64,000 nucleotides of DNA from an uncultured Candidatus Saccharibacteria bacterium (GTDB lineage: Bacteria; Patescibacteriota; Minisyncoccia; Phycocordibacterales; UBA9973), in contig CAZGNC010000002.1 of assembly GCA_964527235.1 (NCBI GenBank), forward strand, positions 14,275-78,274. The letters run 5' to 3'. The notes beneath the pieces are model-generated. The model did not search any database, was not told where the DNA came from, and saw only the letters and a program-made list of their open reading frames with translations. Of the stretch, positions 28,860-39,717 are shown in pieces. Position 1 is the stretch's first letter, and each line of letters begins with the position of its first letter. A program made the position numbers and the translations under genes.

Positions 28860-28937
28860 ACAACTAATATACTACCCTCAAATCAAAAAAGCCAACACTT
28901 TATCGTGCTGACCTTTTTGTTTTGAAAATTTAATTTA

Positions 28938-29360
28938 TTATTTCACTTCTATCCCCATTGAGCGAGCAGAGCCGGCAACTATTGCAATAGCACCTTCGTC
29001 GTCTTTAGCATTCAAGTCCTTTCTTTTCTTGTTAGCGATTTCTAGGGCTTGAGCGCGAGTGATCTTGCCTACCTTAGATGAGTTGGGATTACCTGAACCT
29101 TTCTCTACTCCAGCAGCTTTAAGGATCAAACCTGTAACTGGAGGAGTCTTAACAACGAAATCATAGCTTCGGTCTTCGTAGACGGTAATAGATACCCCTA
29201 CTTTGTCCCCTGCCATACTCTGAGTTGCGGCATTAAACTTGGTAACGAAGTCACCTATGTTTATACCAGCCTGTCCAAGCGCTGGACCTAAAGGAGGCGC
29301 AGGAGTAGCTTTCGCGGCCTGTATCTGAAGTTTTATTTTTTTGGTTATTTTCTTTGCCAT
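28938..29360 (-). CDS. rplK: 50S ribosomal protein L11
   Basis: [24 protein letters not shown]; L11 N-terminal domain. No rplA follows. Confidence 0.9.
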   Translation of the reverse strand: MAKKITKKIKLQIQAAKATPAPPLGPALGQAGINIGDFVTKFNAATQSMAGDKVGVSITVYEDRSYDFVVKTPPVTGLILKAAGVEKGSGNPNSSKVGKITRAQALEIANKKRKDLNAKDDEGAIAIVAGSARSMGIEVK

Positions 29361-29389
29361 ATATTTTTTCTGTTATTTCTTAATCTATC

Positions 29390-29935
29390 TTAAATCTTCT
29401 TAACTTGCAAGAAGTCTAGTTCTACTGGAGTTTCGCGACCGAACATCGAAACCAGAACCTTAACCTTACCTCTTTCAGAATCCACTGAATTTACTTTGCC
29501 TTCTAAGTCCTTAAACGGTCCATCTGTTATTAGCACGGTCTCATCTATGGCTAGATCAATGTTGTGTTTAACCAGACTACTGTCCATCTTCTTAAATAGG
29601 TAGTCAACTTCTTCTTTTTTCAATGGAACTGGATTAACCCCTGCCCCAACGAAACCTGTAACTCTCGGAGTATTGCGCACAACATACCAAGAATCATCAG
29701 TAACTATCATGTCTACTAGCACATATCCTGGGTATATTTTCTCCTCTACCTCTACGCGCTTTCCGCCTTTAATCTTTATCTTTTTCTCCACAGGCACAAT
29801 GACATTGAAAATTTTGTCATTCATTCCAAGAGAATCGATACGCTGACGTAAATTTCGAAGCACCACATTCTCATAACCTGCATAGGTATGGATTGCGTAC
29901 CAATTTCTAGCTCCTTGTGTTTCTTGTCTAGACAT
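29390..29935 (-). CDS. nusG: transcription termination/antitermination factor NusG
   Basis: NGN domain (WYAIHTYAGYENVV) plus C-terminal KOW domain. Confidence 0.85.
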   Translation of the reverse strand: MSRQETQGARNWYAIHTYAGYENVVLRNLRQRIDSLGMNDKIFNVIVPVEKKIKIKGGKRVEVEEKIYPGYVLVDMIVTDDSWYVVRNTPRVTGFVGAGVNPVPLKKEEVDYLFKKMDSSLVKHNIDLAIDETVLITDGPFKDLEGKVNSVDSERGKVKVLVSMFGRETPVELDFLQVKKI

Positions 29936-29957
29936 AAAAAATTATTTTAGTTAAAGA

Positions 29958-30143
29958 TTAAAAAGAGATTACTTTTTCTAAACCTCGTGAGAAAATAAAA
30001 TCAAATATTCCTAAGAAATACGCTATCACCACAGAAAGTACTACAACTATAAGAGTGTAGTAAATGGTCTGGCTTCTTTTAGGCCATATGACGTGTGTAA
30101 GTTCAGTTTTTGTATCTTTTAAATATTCTGTGATTTTTGACAT
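29958..30143 (-). CDS. secE: preprotein translocase subunit SecE
   Basis: 61 aa, single TM; the secE-nusG-rplK order is conserved. Confidence 0.8.
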   Translation of the reverse strand: MSKITEYLKDTKTELTHVIWPKRSQTIYYTLIVVVLSVVIAYFLGIFDFIFSRGLEKVISF

Positions 30144-30236
30144 AAAGTTAAGATTTATGCATTCATTTTAAAAAAGCCCCCTTTCAAGGGCTCTTTTAAT
30201 ATACTCTTTTTACCTCAAATAGTCAACCAGCAGATA

Positions 30237-31043
30237 TTAGCGGATCTCGAAGGTGATTGTTACATCGCTAGTGATGGTATTCTCACCTTTAGGTATTTGA
30301 GCGGGAGCAGATTCAGCTACAGCCATCCCTGCGTCCATGGATTTAGCATACATCATTGGTCGAGGATAGTCTTCAGACTCACTGAAGGTAACCACCTTGC
30401 CCAAGCTAACACCAAGATCTTTAGCTAGAACCTTAGCCTTCTCGCGAGCTTCTTCTATAGCTTCCTTGCGAGCTTGTGCCTTAAGCGCATCTTCATCATC
30501 AATAGTGAAATTAGGACCACTCAAGTCAGACACCCCTAGAGAGCCAAGGTCTTGCATAACTTTACCTACAGTGTCCACATTTCTAACCTTTACAGTTAGA
30601 CTCTCAGAAGCTGTATATCCTGTGATTACATTCTTGCCTCGAGAAGGTGGGCAACCATATTCAGTACATGGCATCATTTTACTGTACTGATATTCGTAAA
30701 CTGGAGAAAAAGAAGCATTTGAAACTTTGAAGTCCTTTTCTAGCACTCCATTGGTCTTTAATGATTCAATAGCCTTAGCCTCGATGGTAGCAACAGCTTC
30801 CTGAGCCTCTTTCACCGTCTTAGCTTCTTTCTGGATTGTGAAATATACAGTTGCTAGATCTGGAACTGCTGAAACTTCACCATGTCCAGATAGAGTAATA
30901 ACATTCACATCTGTACCCCCTGCTCGGCCGTATGCCTTAAACTCAGAGAGCAATTTAACTGCAAAATATAAAGACAAAACTACCAGCAACACTGTCACCA
31001 CCTTACCCAAAACTCCCTTAGAAAATTCTTGTACTGTTTCCAT
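30237..31043 (-). CDS. SIMPL-domain (DUF541) membrane-anchored protein
   Basis: N-terminal TM anchor. The C-terminus ...ITSDVTITFEIR matches the SIMPL family. Confidence 0.55.
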   Translation of the reverse strand: METVQEFSKGVLGKVVTVLLVVLSLYFAVKLLSEFKAYGRAGGTDVNVITLSGHGEVSAVPDLATVYFTIQKEAKTVKEAQEAVATIEAKAIESLKTNGVLEKDFKVSNASFSPVYEYQYSKMMPCTEYGCPPSRGKNVITGYTASESLTVKVRNVDTVGKVMQDLGSLGVSDLSGPNFTIDDEDALKAQARKEAIEEAREKAKVLAKDLGVSLGKVVTFSESEDYPRPMMYAKSMDAGMAVAESAPAQIPKGENTITSDVTITFEIR

Positions 31044-31063
31044 ATTTTTTAATTAATTAATAA

Positions 31064-31591
31064 TTACTTTTTAATAGCAACCAACTCAACATCAAAGCTA
31101 AGCGTTGCATTTGGTGGGATAATACCTCCTGCGCCGGTTGAACCATAGCCAAACTCAGGCGTGATTAGAAGATTCCTCTTCTCTCCAACCTTCATACCAG
31201 CCACTCCGACGTCCCAACCCTTTATAACCATTCCAGAGTCAATTGTAAATACGAATGGTTGAACGTGTCCAAATTTTGGATCTACATTAGAATCAAATAC
31301 AGTTCCATCTGTAAGTTTGCCAGTGTAGTTCATCGCTACTGTGTCTCCTGACTTAGCAACCTCACCATTACCTTCTTGTAAGATTGTAATTTTAACCCCA
31401 TCTGTTTGTGTTGTATTTTCCATATTGTTTTGTTTTTCGTCTACTTCATTTAAAGTAGAACCCTCAACACTTCCAAGCTGGGAGTCTATAGGTGCAGGAG
31501 CCTTACTGTTTACAGTCAAAAATACCAAAACGCCGATAACCACTATTACTATAGCAAACCATAACACCATATTCCCACCTTGTTTTTTCAT
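31064..31591 (-). CDS. FKBP-type peptidyl-prolyl cis-trans isomerase, membrane-anchored
   Basis: FKBP domain (GDTVAMNYTGKLTDGTVFDSN..., GYGSTGAGGIIPPNATLSFDVELVAI). Confidence 0.85.
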   Translation of the reverse strand: MKKQGGNMVLWFAIVIVVIGVLVFLTVNSKAPAPIDSQLGSVEGSTLNEVDEKQNNMENTTQTDGVKITILQEGNGEVAKSGDTVAMNYTGKLTDGTVFDSNVDPKFGHVQPFVFTIDSGMVIKGWDVGVAGMKVGEKRNLLITPEFGYGSTGAGGIIPPNATLSFDVELVAIKK

Positions 31592-31693
31592 AATTTTTGT
31601 TAAATTAAATTGTTAATAAGCCCAATTATATACTCAAAATACCCTTAAATCAAATTGACTTTTATCCCGAATTACATGCCCAATATGTGATTC

Positions 31694-32710
31694 TTAGTAA
31701 GGGTTAGAGCCCTGAATAAGTCGCGGAGCCCCAGGCTGAACCACAATCCCCTGAGAGGGCGCCGGGGTGTTCCCAGATGGTGTATTTGGAGAATTGCTTG
31801 GACTACTCGTAGTTGATCCCCCAGTAGAGGAATTAGTATTTGGATCTGTTGTGGTATCTTCTGGCGGAACATAAACAGTCGGATTTTGAGCCTGAATCTG
31901 TTCGTTAACTACAGCAAGCTGTGCTTCTATATTCTCCACCTCCGCCTGCACAACAGCGACAGATTGTTCTGCCACGACAACTTGTTCTGGGGTTACTGTG
32001 ACTTCATTTGAGGTTGGGTTCCAATTTATATTGGCTGCTGGCTCATAAGTATCTTCTGCTTCGGCTATGCCTTGAGAATTATTAGTGGAATTATCTATAA
32101 TATCATTCAACGCAACAATTACTTCCTCGATACTCTCTACGGAGGGTAAACTGTAAACATATGTATCTATCTGGAACTGGGTCAACCCTGAATTTTCTAC
32201 TGTTAAATTCTCAACAATTTTGGTTAGATCTTCTATAAACGCTTTTATACTTTCTGCTTCTGCTTGTATCTTTTCTGCTTCAGAAATATTTATCTTACTT
32301 AGATACATTGCGTTATCTTTCTTCTTCCACTCTGCAAGTAATAAATTTATTTTCGCTCTCTGTTCGTTTATCTTTAAACTAACTAAGGGATTAGTGAAAA
32401 CTAATTGAGGGTTGGCACTAAGCGAGTTTGTGAACAAATAGTCTGTCTCCCCTACCAACCCTGAAGCTCTGCGCATTTGCTCTTGAACCCCCACAGCTAA
32501 AGGAAAGGAGTCTCTGAGCCCAACCTTAAGGGAATCCAAATTACTCTGCTCCTGCTCCAGTTTGCTTTTTGCAGTAGCAAGGCTAACTTCTAATTTATTT
32601 TTCTGTGAAAACAAATCCTCTTTCTTTTCTTCTCTTGTGAGAAAATATACACCACTCAGCACAATGAGTAAAAAAGCAACTATTGAACCAGCAACAATCG
32701 ACTTATTCAT
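31694..32710 (-). CDS. membrane-anchored coiled-coil protein with a Thr/Ser/Pro-rich C-terminus
   Basis: N-terminal TM, long heptad-like region, low-complexity TSSPSNSPNTPSGNTP tail. Confidence 0.4.
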   Translation of the reverse strand: MNKSIVAGSIVAFLLIVLSGVYFLTREEKKEDLFSQKNKLEVSLATAKSKLEQEQSNLDSLKVGLRDSFPLAVGVQEQMRRASGLVGETDYLFTNSLSANPQLVFTNPLVSLKINEQRAKINLLLAEWKKKDNAMYLSKINISEAEKIQAEAESIKAFIEDLTKIVENLTVENSGLTQFQIDTYVYSLPSVESIEEVIVALNDIIDNSTNNSQGIAEAEDTYEPAANINWNPTSNEVTVTPEQVVVAEQSVAVVQAEVENIEAQLAVVNEQIQAQNPTVYVPPEDTTTDPNTNSSTGGSTTSSPSNSPNTPSGNTPAPSQGIVVQPGAPRLIQGSNPY

Positions 32711-32729
32711 AGAATATATTGTAACACGA

Positions 32730-33743
32730 CTAAATAAAATTCACTTCAGGTGTAAGCTTTAATCCGAACTTTTCATACACGGAAGATATGATGCTCTCCG
32801 CCAATTCTTTTATCTCGAGGCCAGTCGCACCACCGTGGTTCACTAAAACCAATGCTTGCTTGTCATGCACCCCTACGTTACCCACTCTTTTGCCCTTCCA
32901 TCCACAGGACTCTATAAGCCAAGCAGCAGGAATTTTCACTAATCCGTCCTCTTCAAAGAACGGCATATCTACATATTCAGATTTCAGCTCCTCGGCTTTG
33001 TCTTTAGAGAGAAAAACATTCTTGAAAAAACTCCCAGCATTACCCAAAACTTTCGGATCAGGCAACTTACTGCGTCTAATGTTCGCCACAGCCTCACTCA
33101 CATCTTTGGGATTTTTTACTTCAATTTTATTTTTTTCTAAATATTCTTGCAAAACCCTATAACTAAGATTTTTCTTCTCAATTTTTGAAAGCCTGAAGGT
33201 AACAGCAGATATAAAATACTTCCCCTTTAGCTCGTTTTTAAAAACACTATCTCGATACCCCAGCTTACATTCTTCATTGCTGAAGACCTTTTTCTCCCCA
33301 GTACTTAAATCATAAGCCTCTACGCTATCAAGAGTTTCCTTGAGCTCAGCACCATAAGCTCCTATGTTCTGCATGGGAGCAGCGCCTACTGTGCCAGGAA
33401 CTAGCGCCAAGTTTTCTATTCCCCAAAAACCGCGCTCAACTGCAAAGTTAACTAAGTCATCCCAGATCTCCCCACCCATAGAGCGAACGAGTGCTTGCCC
33501 AGAATCTTCTTCAAGTATTTGTATACCTTTTAATTTATTTAAAATCACGACACCATCCCAGTCTTCTGTAAAAAGCACATTACTCCCCCCGCCCAGAAAA
33601 AGCTTTTTGTTTTCTTTAAATTCTTTCGTCTTTAAAAGCTCTTTAAGTTCTGACTCGCTTTGCACTACAGCAAAAAACCTAGCCCGGGCGGGCACACCAA
33701 AAGTGTTTAATTTCGACAAGTCGTAATCTCGTAAAATCTCCAT
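32730..33743 (-). CDS. murB: UDP-N-acetylenolpyruvoylglucosamine reductase
   Basis: FAD-binding PCMH domain (FLGGGSNVLF) and C-terminal MurB domain. Confidence 0.85.
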   Translation of the reverse strand: MEILRDYDLSKLNTFGVPARARFFAVVQSESELKELLKTKEFKENKKLFLGGGSNVLFTEDWDGVVILNKLKGIQILEEDSGQALVRSMGGEIWDDLVNFAVERGFWGIENLALVPGTVGAAPMQNIGAYGAELKETLDSVEAYDLSTGEKKVFSNEECKLGYRDSVFKNELKGKYFISAVTFRLSKIEKKNLSYRVLQEYLEKNKIEVKNPKDVSEAVANIRRSKLPDPKVLGNAGSFFKNVFLSKDKAEELKSEYVDMPFFEEDGLVKIPAAWLIESCGWKGKRVGNVGVHDKQALVLVNHGGATGLEIKELAESIISSVYEKFGLKLTPEVNFI

Positions 33744-33755
33744 ACAAAGAGAATA

Positions 33756-35018
33756 TTACAACAAAATCGAGAGTATTGCGATTATCGCAACCACAGCCAT
33801 AACCCCCGCAACTATATATCCAAAAATCTTACTAGATTTTTTATTTTTATACTCCCCCATTATTTTGTCACTAGAACTTATTTCTACGATTAAAAACAAA
33901 ATAACTGGAGCTATAATACCATTCAAAAGAGCAGAATAAATAAGAGTTTTTATCGGATCAAGTCCCACAAAATTCAAAATTATCCCCACCACAACTGCTA
34001 AAATAATCACCCCGTAAAACGCTCCAGCTTGTTTCAGCTTTCTATACAATCCATATTTCCAGCCGAAAGATTCAGAAACAGCATAAGACGCAGCACCAGC
34101 CAAAACCGGTATTGAAAGAAAGCCAGTACCTAAAATTCCTAATGTAAACAAAGCGTATGCAAAATCCCCCGCAAAAGGCCTCAGCGCGAGCGCTGCATCA
34201 GAAGCGGTAGCTATGTTGGTAACCCCATTTTGAAAAAGTGTAGCAGCCGAAGCAGCAATAATGAAAAACATCACAAGATTCGAAATAAACATACCAGACC
34301 ATACATCAATGCGCATCTTTTTAATATCGAGTTGGCTAGTGCCAATGCGTCTTTGTTGTTCTGAAAACTCCCCTTTGGCTATTTGCTCTTCAACCTCCTG
34401 ATCAGTCTGCCAAAAAAATAAATACGGCGAAATAGTGGTCCCTAAAGCCGCACAAATCAAAATTAAAATTTCACCAGAGAAAGAAAAGTGCGGTATAAAA
34501 AGATGCCTCGAAACATCCACCCAATCAATATTGACTAACAACGCTGAAGCAACATAAGCAAATAGCGTGAGAGCTAGATATTTTAGATATTTAGCGTACC
34601 CTTTGTAAGAAACAAAAATTTGCAAAACCAAACTAATAAAAGCAAAGGCAACAACCAAGAAAAGAAAATTAAAACTCGGGAAAACAAGTTTAGTACTCTC
34701 AGCCATAGCTCCCAAATTCGCCCCAATATTAAAGACGTTTGCTATCACTAAAAGTGAAGTACAGAGAAGAAGAACTTTTTTGGAATAATTTCTTTTTATA
34801 TTAGTAGCAAGCCCAGAACCTGTAGCAAGCCCAATACGAGCACACATCTCCTGCACGACTCCCATCATCGGATACGAAAAAAGAGCCAACCAAATCAAAC
34901 CGAAGCCACTCTGTGCTCCTATTTGAGAATAAGTTGCAATACCCGAAGGATCATCATCAGCTGCTCCGGTAGTTAAACCTGGTCCTAAAATCTTCCAATA
35001 TTCTTTAAGCGGTTTCAT
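33756..35018 (-). CDS. NRAMP-family divalent metal cation transporter
   Basis: GPGLTTGAADDDPSGIATYSQIGAQSGFGLIW matches the Nramp/MntH signature. About 11 TM helices. Confidence 0.75.
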   Translation of the reverse strand: MKPLKEYWKILGPGLTTGAADDDPSGIATYSQIGAQSGFGLIWLALFSYPMMGVVQEMCARIGLATGSGLATNIKRNYSKKVLLLCTSLLVIANVFNIGANLGAMAESTKLVFPSFNFLFLVVAFAFISLVLQIFVSYKGYAKYLKYLALTLFAYVASALLVNIDWVDVSRHLFIPHFSFSGEILILICAALGTTISPYLFFWQTDQEVEEQIAKGEFSEQQRRIGTSQLDIKKMRIDVWSGMFISNLVMFFIIAASAATLFQNGVTNIATASDAALALRPFAGDFAYALFTLGILGTGFLSIPVLAGAASYAVSESFGWKYGLYRKLKQAGAFYGVIILAVVVGIILNFVGLDPIKTLIYSALLNGIIAPVILFLIVEISSSDKIMGEYKNKKSSKIFGYIVAGVMAVVAIIAILSILL

Positions 35019-35069
35019 TAGATATTATTATGACACACAATAATTACGTCTCCTATGAAACCTGGGAAT

Positions 35070-36071
35070 TTAGAATTTTCCTGTCGCTTTTTTAAGTCTA
35101 TCCATAACTGCGATACCTATACCCTCCTCTTTAAAGGACTCACACAGAATGACATCAACAACATTATCATCGAAAAACCTAAGTGCCTGATAAAAACTTT
35201 TAGATATTTCTTTTAGATCATCACTAGAACCAATAATAAAGATAGTCCCTCGACTTTTAAGAAATTTCTCATTTTGAAATGTACAAATTACCCCTACTTT
35301 TTTACCCTGAGACTCAAGCTCGTCGACATAACTCGCCATCTTTTCTGGAGATACTATTTCAATGGGAGCTTTGGGTGCATAGTGTCTATACTTAGTCCCC
35401 GGAGAAGCATTTAGGTCCTCTTTCTTGTTTGAGAAGAACACCTCCACACCTGGCAAAACTTTCTCTATCATTTCCTTGGTTACAGCACCAGCCCGTAAAA
35501 TAGCTACTTTACCATCGATAACTTTAACTACAGTGGACTCTAACCCTATATCTGAAATACCTGCATCAACTATCAAGTCAACCTTGCCATCCAAGTCCAC
35601 ACACACATGGTCCCCAGTGGTGGCACTAGGTCGTCCAGAAATATTTGCAGAAGGAGCAGCAATCGGCACACCAGCAACTTCAATCAACTCACGCGCAAAA
35701 ACATGAGAAGGCATCCTCACCGCCACAGTAGACAAACCACCAGAAACAGATGAAGACACTACGTCTTTCTTTTTTAGTACAAGAGTGAACGGCCCAGGCC
35801 AAAAAGCATTAACGAGCCTCTCTTCTGCGCCAGATAATGGCTCAGCTAATAATCTGAGTTGGTCGAAATTACTAATGTGAACAATTACCGGATTATCTCC
35901 GGGCCTACCCTTAGCTTGAAATATTTTCTTCACAGCACTTTCATTCAAAGCATCCGCACCCAAGCCATATACAGTCTCTGTAGGAAACACCACTAAACCC
36001 CCTGACTTTATAATGTCTGCGGCCCGCTTCAACACCTCCTCTTTATTATCCTTACTTAGCTTTATTTTCAT
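35070..36071 (-). CDS. tsaC: L-threonylcarbamoyladenylate synthase (Sua5/YrdC with a C-terminal Sua5 domain)
   Basis: LVVFPTETVYGLGADALNESAVKKIFQAKGRPGDNPVIVHIS; YrdC motif. 333 aa. Confidence 0.8.
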   Translation of the reverse strand: MKIKLSKDNKEEVLKRAADIIKSGGLVVFPTETVYGLGADALNESAVKKIFQAKGRPGDNPVIVHISNFDQLRLLAEPLSGAEERLVNAFWPGPFTLVLKKKDVVSSSVSGGLSTVAVRMPSHVFARELIEVAGVPIAAPSANISGRPSATTGDHVCVDLDGKVDLIVDAGISDIGLESTVVKVIDGKVAILRAGAVTKEMIEKVLPGVEVFFSNKKEDLNASPGTKYRHYAPKAPIEIVSPEKMASYVDELESQGKKVGVICTFQNEKFLKSRGTIFIIGSSDDLKEISKSFYQALRFFDDNVVDVILCESFKEEGIGIAVMDRLKKATGKF

Positions 36072-37314
36072 TGATTTTATCTTCTATCTCAATCAGCCTA
36101 TCATATTTGCATATTCTTTGTTTTTGGGAAAGCGCCCCAGCTTTTATATACTCACAGGCAAGCCCAGCAGACAGATCAGCAATAAATGTGTCCATAGTTT
36201 CTCCCGATCTATGAGATACAAAAGCGGACCAACCTTCCTTGTGTGCAAGCTCAACTGCAGATATCGCTTCAGATAGAGTTCCTATCTGATTGGGTTTAAT
36301 TAATACACAGTTAACTGCTTTTTCTGTTATCGCTTTTTGAATTCTTTTTAAATTTGTCACCAAGAGGTCATCCCCAACTATCCTTATCACACTGCCAAGC
36401 TGTTCGTTCAAAGCACGAAAGCCCTCCCAGTCTTCTTCATCTAAACCATCTTCAATAGAAGCGATCGGATAACGTTCTACAAGTTCTTGATACCAAGCTA
36501 TTAATTCTTTGCTATTTAAATTTTTTGTTTCTCCAGCAATATTGATTTTATAAACTCCATCTTGATAGAAACTCGAAGCAGCAACGTCAAGACTGATTTT
36601 AATCTGATCTTCTCCATACCCAGCATCTTTTATCGCTTTCATTATTAGCTCTATAGGCTCCTCACTAGAAGAAACTCTTGGGGCAAAACCTCCCTCATCC
36701 CCTGTTTCTGTAGATAAATTTTTCTCAATCAGAATATTTTTAAGCGCGTCTATAACTTTCCCAGCAACCTCGACTTTTTCTCTAAAATTTTCAAATGCGA
36801 CTGGCGCTATTAAAAATTCTTGAACGTCTAGGCCGTTATTCGCATGCTTGCCACCATTGAGAATATTAAACATTGGCTGTGGAACTTTAAAACCAGTATT
36901 ACCAACCAGGCCACCTATGTATTCATACAGCTCTTTACCCTCCTCGACTGCACTAGCACGTGCAAAAGCGAGCGACACACCGAGAATTGCGTTAGCCCCC
37001 AATCTTGATTTGTTTTCTGTTCCATCTAAATCAATGAGTGCTTGATCTAAATTTTTCTGGTTCCACTCTTTATTCTTTACATATTCTAAAATCTCTACAT
37101 TTATATTTTGAACTGCTTTTAGAACACCTTTCCCTGAATACCGAGACTGATCGTGATCCCGCAACTCTAAAGCTTCGTGAACACCTGTACTAGCCCCTGA
37201 GGGCACTGACGCCTTAGCAGAAACTCCACTTTCTAATACGCAAACAACTTCAACTGTGGGGTTTCCTCTCGAATCTAAGATTTCACATGCCTCTAAGATC
37301 TTTATTTTTTTCAT
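36052..37314 (-). CDS. eno: enolase
   Basis: ILDSRGNPTVEV...SHRSGETED-like motifs (SHRSGETMDTFIADL). Confidence 0.95.
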   Translation of the reverse strand: MKKIKILEACEILDSRGNPTVEVVCVLESGVSAKASVPSGASTGVHEALELRDHDQSRYSGKGVLKAVQNINVEILEYVKNKEWNQKNLDQALIDLDGTENKSRLGANAILGVSLAFARASAVEEGKELYEYIGGLVGNTGFKVPQPMFNILNGGKHANNGLDVQEFLIAPVAFENFREKVEVAGKVIDALKNILIEKNLSTETGDEGGFAPRVSSSEEPIELIMKAIKDAGYGEDQIKISLDVAASSFYQDGVYKINIAGETKNLNSKELIAWYQELVERYPIASIEDGLDEEDWEGFRALNEQLGSVIRIVGDDLLVTNLKRIQKAITEKAVNCVLIKPNQIGTLSEAISAVELAHKEGWSAFVSHRSGETMDTFIADLSAGLACEYIKAGALSQKQRICKYDRLIEIEDKINENKAK

Positions 37315-37316
37315 AT

Positions 37317-38126
37317 TTATAAAGGTTTTAATGGATTAAAATTAGACTTACCGTTTAGATGTTTCTCAGCTTCAATTATAACCTTCTCCATCATAACTAC
37401 CGCTTCTACTGGATATCTACCTTGAGCAGTTTCTTCTGAGAGCATTACAGCATCTGCGCCTTGCATAATCGCCACCTCGACGTCAGTCACCTCGGCTCTT
37501 GTTGGCGAATCATGCTCAACCATGGAAAGCATCATCTGTGTGGCAACGATCACAGGCTTGCCGGCTTTCTTGGCTTTGTGAACTATTTTCTCTTGAATAA
37601 ATGGTATCTGCTCAAGCGGAACTTCATTACCCAAATCCCCTCTCGCCACCATCACCGCATCAGTAACTGATATTATGTGATCCAATGAAAACAGCGCATC
37701 CACTCTTTCTATTTTGGCTATAATCATTTGCTTGCCACCAAAATTTTTTATAATTTTTCTACAACTTTCTATGTCGTGAGCATTCGCAACATAAGACAGA
37801 CCGATATAATCTACCTCGTGCTCCACTGCAAATTTTATAAATTCCTTATCGTGCTCAGTCACAGGAGAAACTGCATTGTGATTATAAGTATGACCTTTGA
37901 TATTCTGAACTCGGGGACCAGGTAAATCTACTAAAATCAAAACTTTTTTATTTAATTCCTTGGCAAGAGCCCTCACGAGTTTGATTTGCTCTCGTCTTTC
38001 CTCGACAGTCCCCCATGAAAAATTCAATCGTGCTACGTCTAAGCCGTGTGCCATCATGGCGCTTAAACTTTCGGGGTTTGAAGATGCTGGGCCAATTGTT
38101 GCTACAATTTGTGCTTTTGATTTCAT
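37317..38126 (-). CDS. pyk: pyruvate kinase, short form (barrel domain only, 269 aa)
   Basis: KIVATIGPAS...MVARGDLG pyruvate kinase motifs. Lacks the C-terminal regulatory domain. Confidence 0.6.
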   Translation of the reverse strand: MKSKAQIVATIGPASSNPESLSAMMAHGLDVARLNFSWGTVEERREQIKLVRALAKELNKKVLILVDLPGPRVQNIKGHTYNHNAVSPVTEHDKEFIKFAVEHEVDYIGLSYVANAHDIESCRKIIKNFGGKQMIIAKIERVDALFSLDHIISVTDAVMVARGDLGNEVPLEQIPFIQEKIVHKAKKAGKPVIVATQMMLSMVEHDSPTRAEVTDVEVAIMQGADAVMLSEETAQGRYPVEAVVMMEKVIIEAEKHLNGKSNFNPLKPL

Positions 38127-38130
38127 TTAT

Positions 38131-39717
38131 TTAATTCTCAATTAGACTATCTTCTGTCATCTCACTTGGCTTAGTAATACCAAATAAGGATAAAATCGTT
38201 GGGGCAATGTTCGCCAAACTGCCTTCTTTTATTTTAACACCCGCAACGGTAATAATAACTGGCACCTTGCTAGTGGTGTGGGCCGTATTCTTGGCACCAG
38301 TATCGGGGTTTATCATTATTTCAGCGTTTCCATGATCTGACGTCACCAATGCAGTTCCCCCAACACTAAGCAATTTTTCGATAATTCTCTTTAAATTTTG
38401 ATCGACAACCTCTACTGCTTTTATGACAGCAGACTCATTGCCTGTGTGTCCCACCATGTCCAAATTCGCGAAATTCACAAATATAAAATCAGTGCCTTTT
38501 TCTATTTGTTTTATCGCCTCATCGGCAATTTCTTTAGCTCTCATCTCTGGTACTTGATCATAACCTCTTATGTGTTGCCCATCGATTTCTCGGATGCTAG
38601 GCACCAGTATGTCTTCTTCTTTATCATAGGGTTCTTGTCTGCCACCGTTCAAGAAATATGTTGCATGTGCAAATTTTTCAGACTCAGCTATATGGCATTG
38701 AGTTAGCCCGTGCGCTGATATTTCTTCACATAGAGTATGGGTGATGTGCTGTGGAGGGAACGCTACATCTGTCTTTAAATTTTCATCATACTCGGTCATG
38801 GTAACGAAATACAAATTGCTTTTCTCTGCTCGTTCAAGAATTATTTTAGACAGCATACGTGCCCTGTCAGGTCTAAAGTTAAAGAAAAATACTCCATCAT
38901 TTTCTTTAATCCCACAAGTTTGGTTCATTTTGTCTAAACAAACAATCGGAGCGATTAAATTATCGTGCAATTCTTTGTTTTCATAAAGTTGTTTCTTAAG
39001 CTCATCACCAGCTTTGAGCTTACAGACATTGCCACGGCAATCAAACATCGCATCTTCTACTTTTTTTACCCTGTCCCAATTGTGATCACGGTCCATTGCA
39101 TAATACCTACCAGCGACAGTAGATATAAAACCGACTCCCAAATCATCTAAGAATTTTTGTAATTCATCAATATACCCACTCGCAGACTGTGGTGGCGTAT
39201 CGTAACCATCAGTAAAAACATGTATAGCTATTTTCTGTATCCCGGCATTTTTTGCTGCTCGCAAAAATGCATACAGATGCTCTGTGTGGCTATGAATTCC
39301 CCCAGGTCCCAACAATCCTTCAACATGCAAAACCGAATTATTTTTTTTCACATGATTGAAAAGTCTTATGAAACTTTCATTAGTTTCGAATTCACCATTT
39401 TTAGCTGCATTAGAAATACGAACTAAGTCTGTCGGCGGTATCCTACCAGCTCCGATAACATGATGCCCAGTTTCACTGTCACCCATCTGCCCTTTCGGCA
39501 ATCCTACGTATTCTTCACTAGCCCGCAAAAAAGAATGCGGATATTTATCCCACAATGAATCAAAAAAAGGTTTCTGAGCTAAGGCTATGGCGTTATGTTC
39601 TTTGGTTTCACTAAAACCCCAACCATCAAGAACCACCAAGAGAATAGTTTTTTTATTTGTTTGATTCATTTTGTCTGATTTAAATTGATACCGAATTTCT
39701 AGGAGTTTTACCCTCAA
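38131..39717 (-). CDS. gpmI: 2,3-bisphosphoglycerate-independent phosphoglycerate mutase
   Basis: ILLVVLDGWG...DGRD...; iPGM alkaline-phosphatase-like core, 528 aa. Confidence 0.85.
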   Translation of the reverse strand: MRVKLLEIRYQFKSDKMNQTNKKTILLVVLDGWGFSETKEHNAIALAQKPFFDSLWDKYPHSFLRASEEYVGLPKGQMGDSETGHHVIGAGRIPPTDLVRISNAAKNGEFETNESFIRLFNHVKKNNSVLHVEGLLGPGGIHSHTEHLYAFLRAAKNAGIQKIAIHVFTDGYDTPPQSASGYIDELQKFLDDLGVGFISTVAGRYYAMDRDHNWDRVKKVEDAMFDCRGNVCKLKAGDELKKQLYENKELHDNLIAPIVCLDKMNQTCGIKENDGVFFFNFRPDRARMLSKIILERAEKSNLYFVTMTEYDENLKTDVAFPPQHITHTLCEEISAHGLTQCHIAESEKFAHATYFLNGGRQEPYDKEEDILVPSIREIDGQHIRGYDQVPEMRAKEIADEAIKQIEKGTDFIFVNFANLDMVGHTGNESAVIKAVEVVDQNLKRIIEKLLSVGGTALVTSDHGNAEIMINPDTGAKNTAHTTSKVPVIITVAGVKIKEGSLANIAPTILSLFGITKPSEMTEDSLIEN

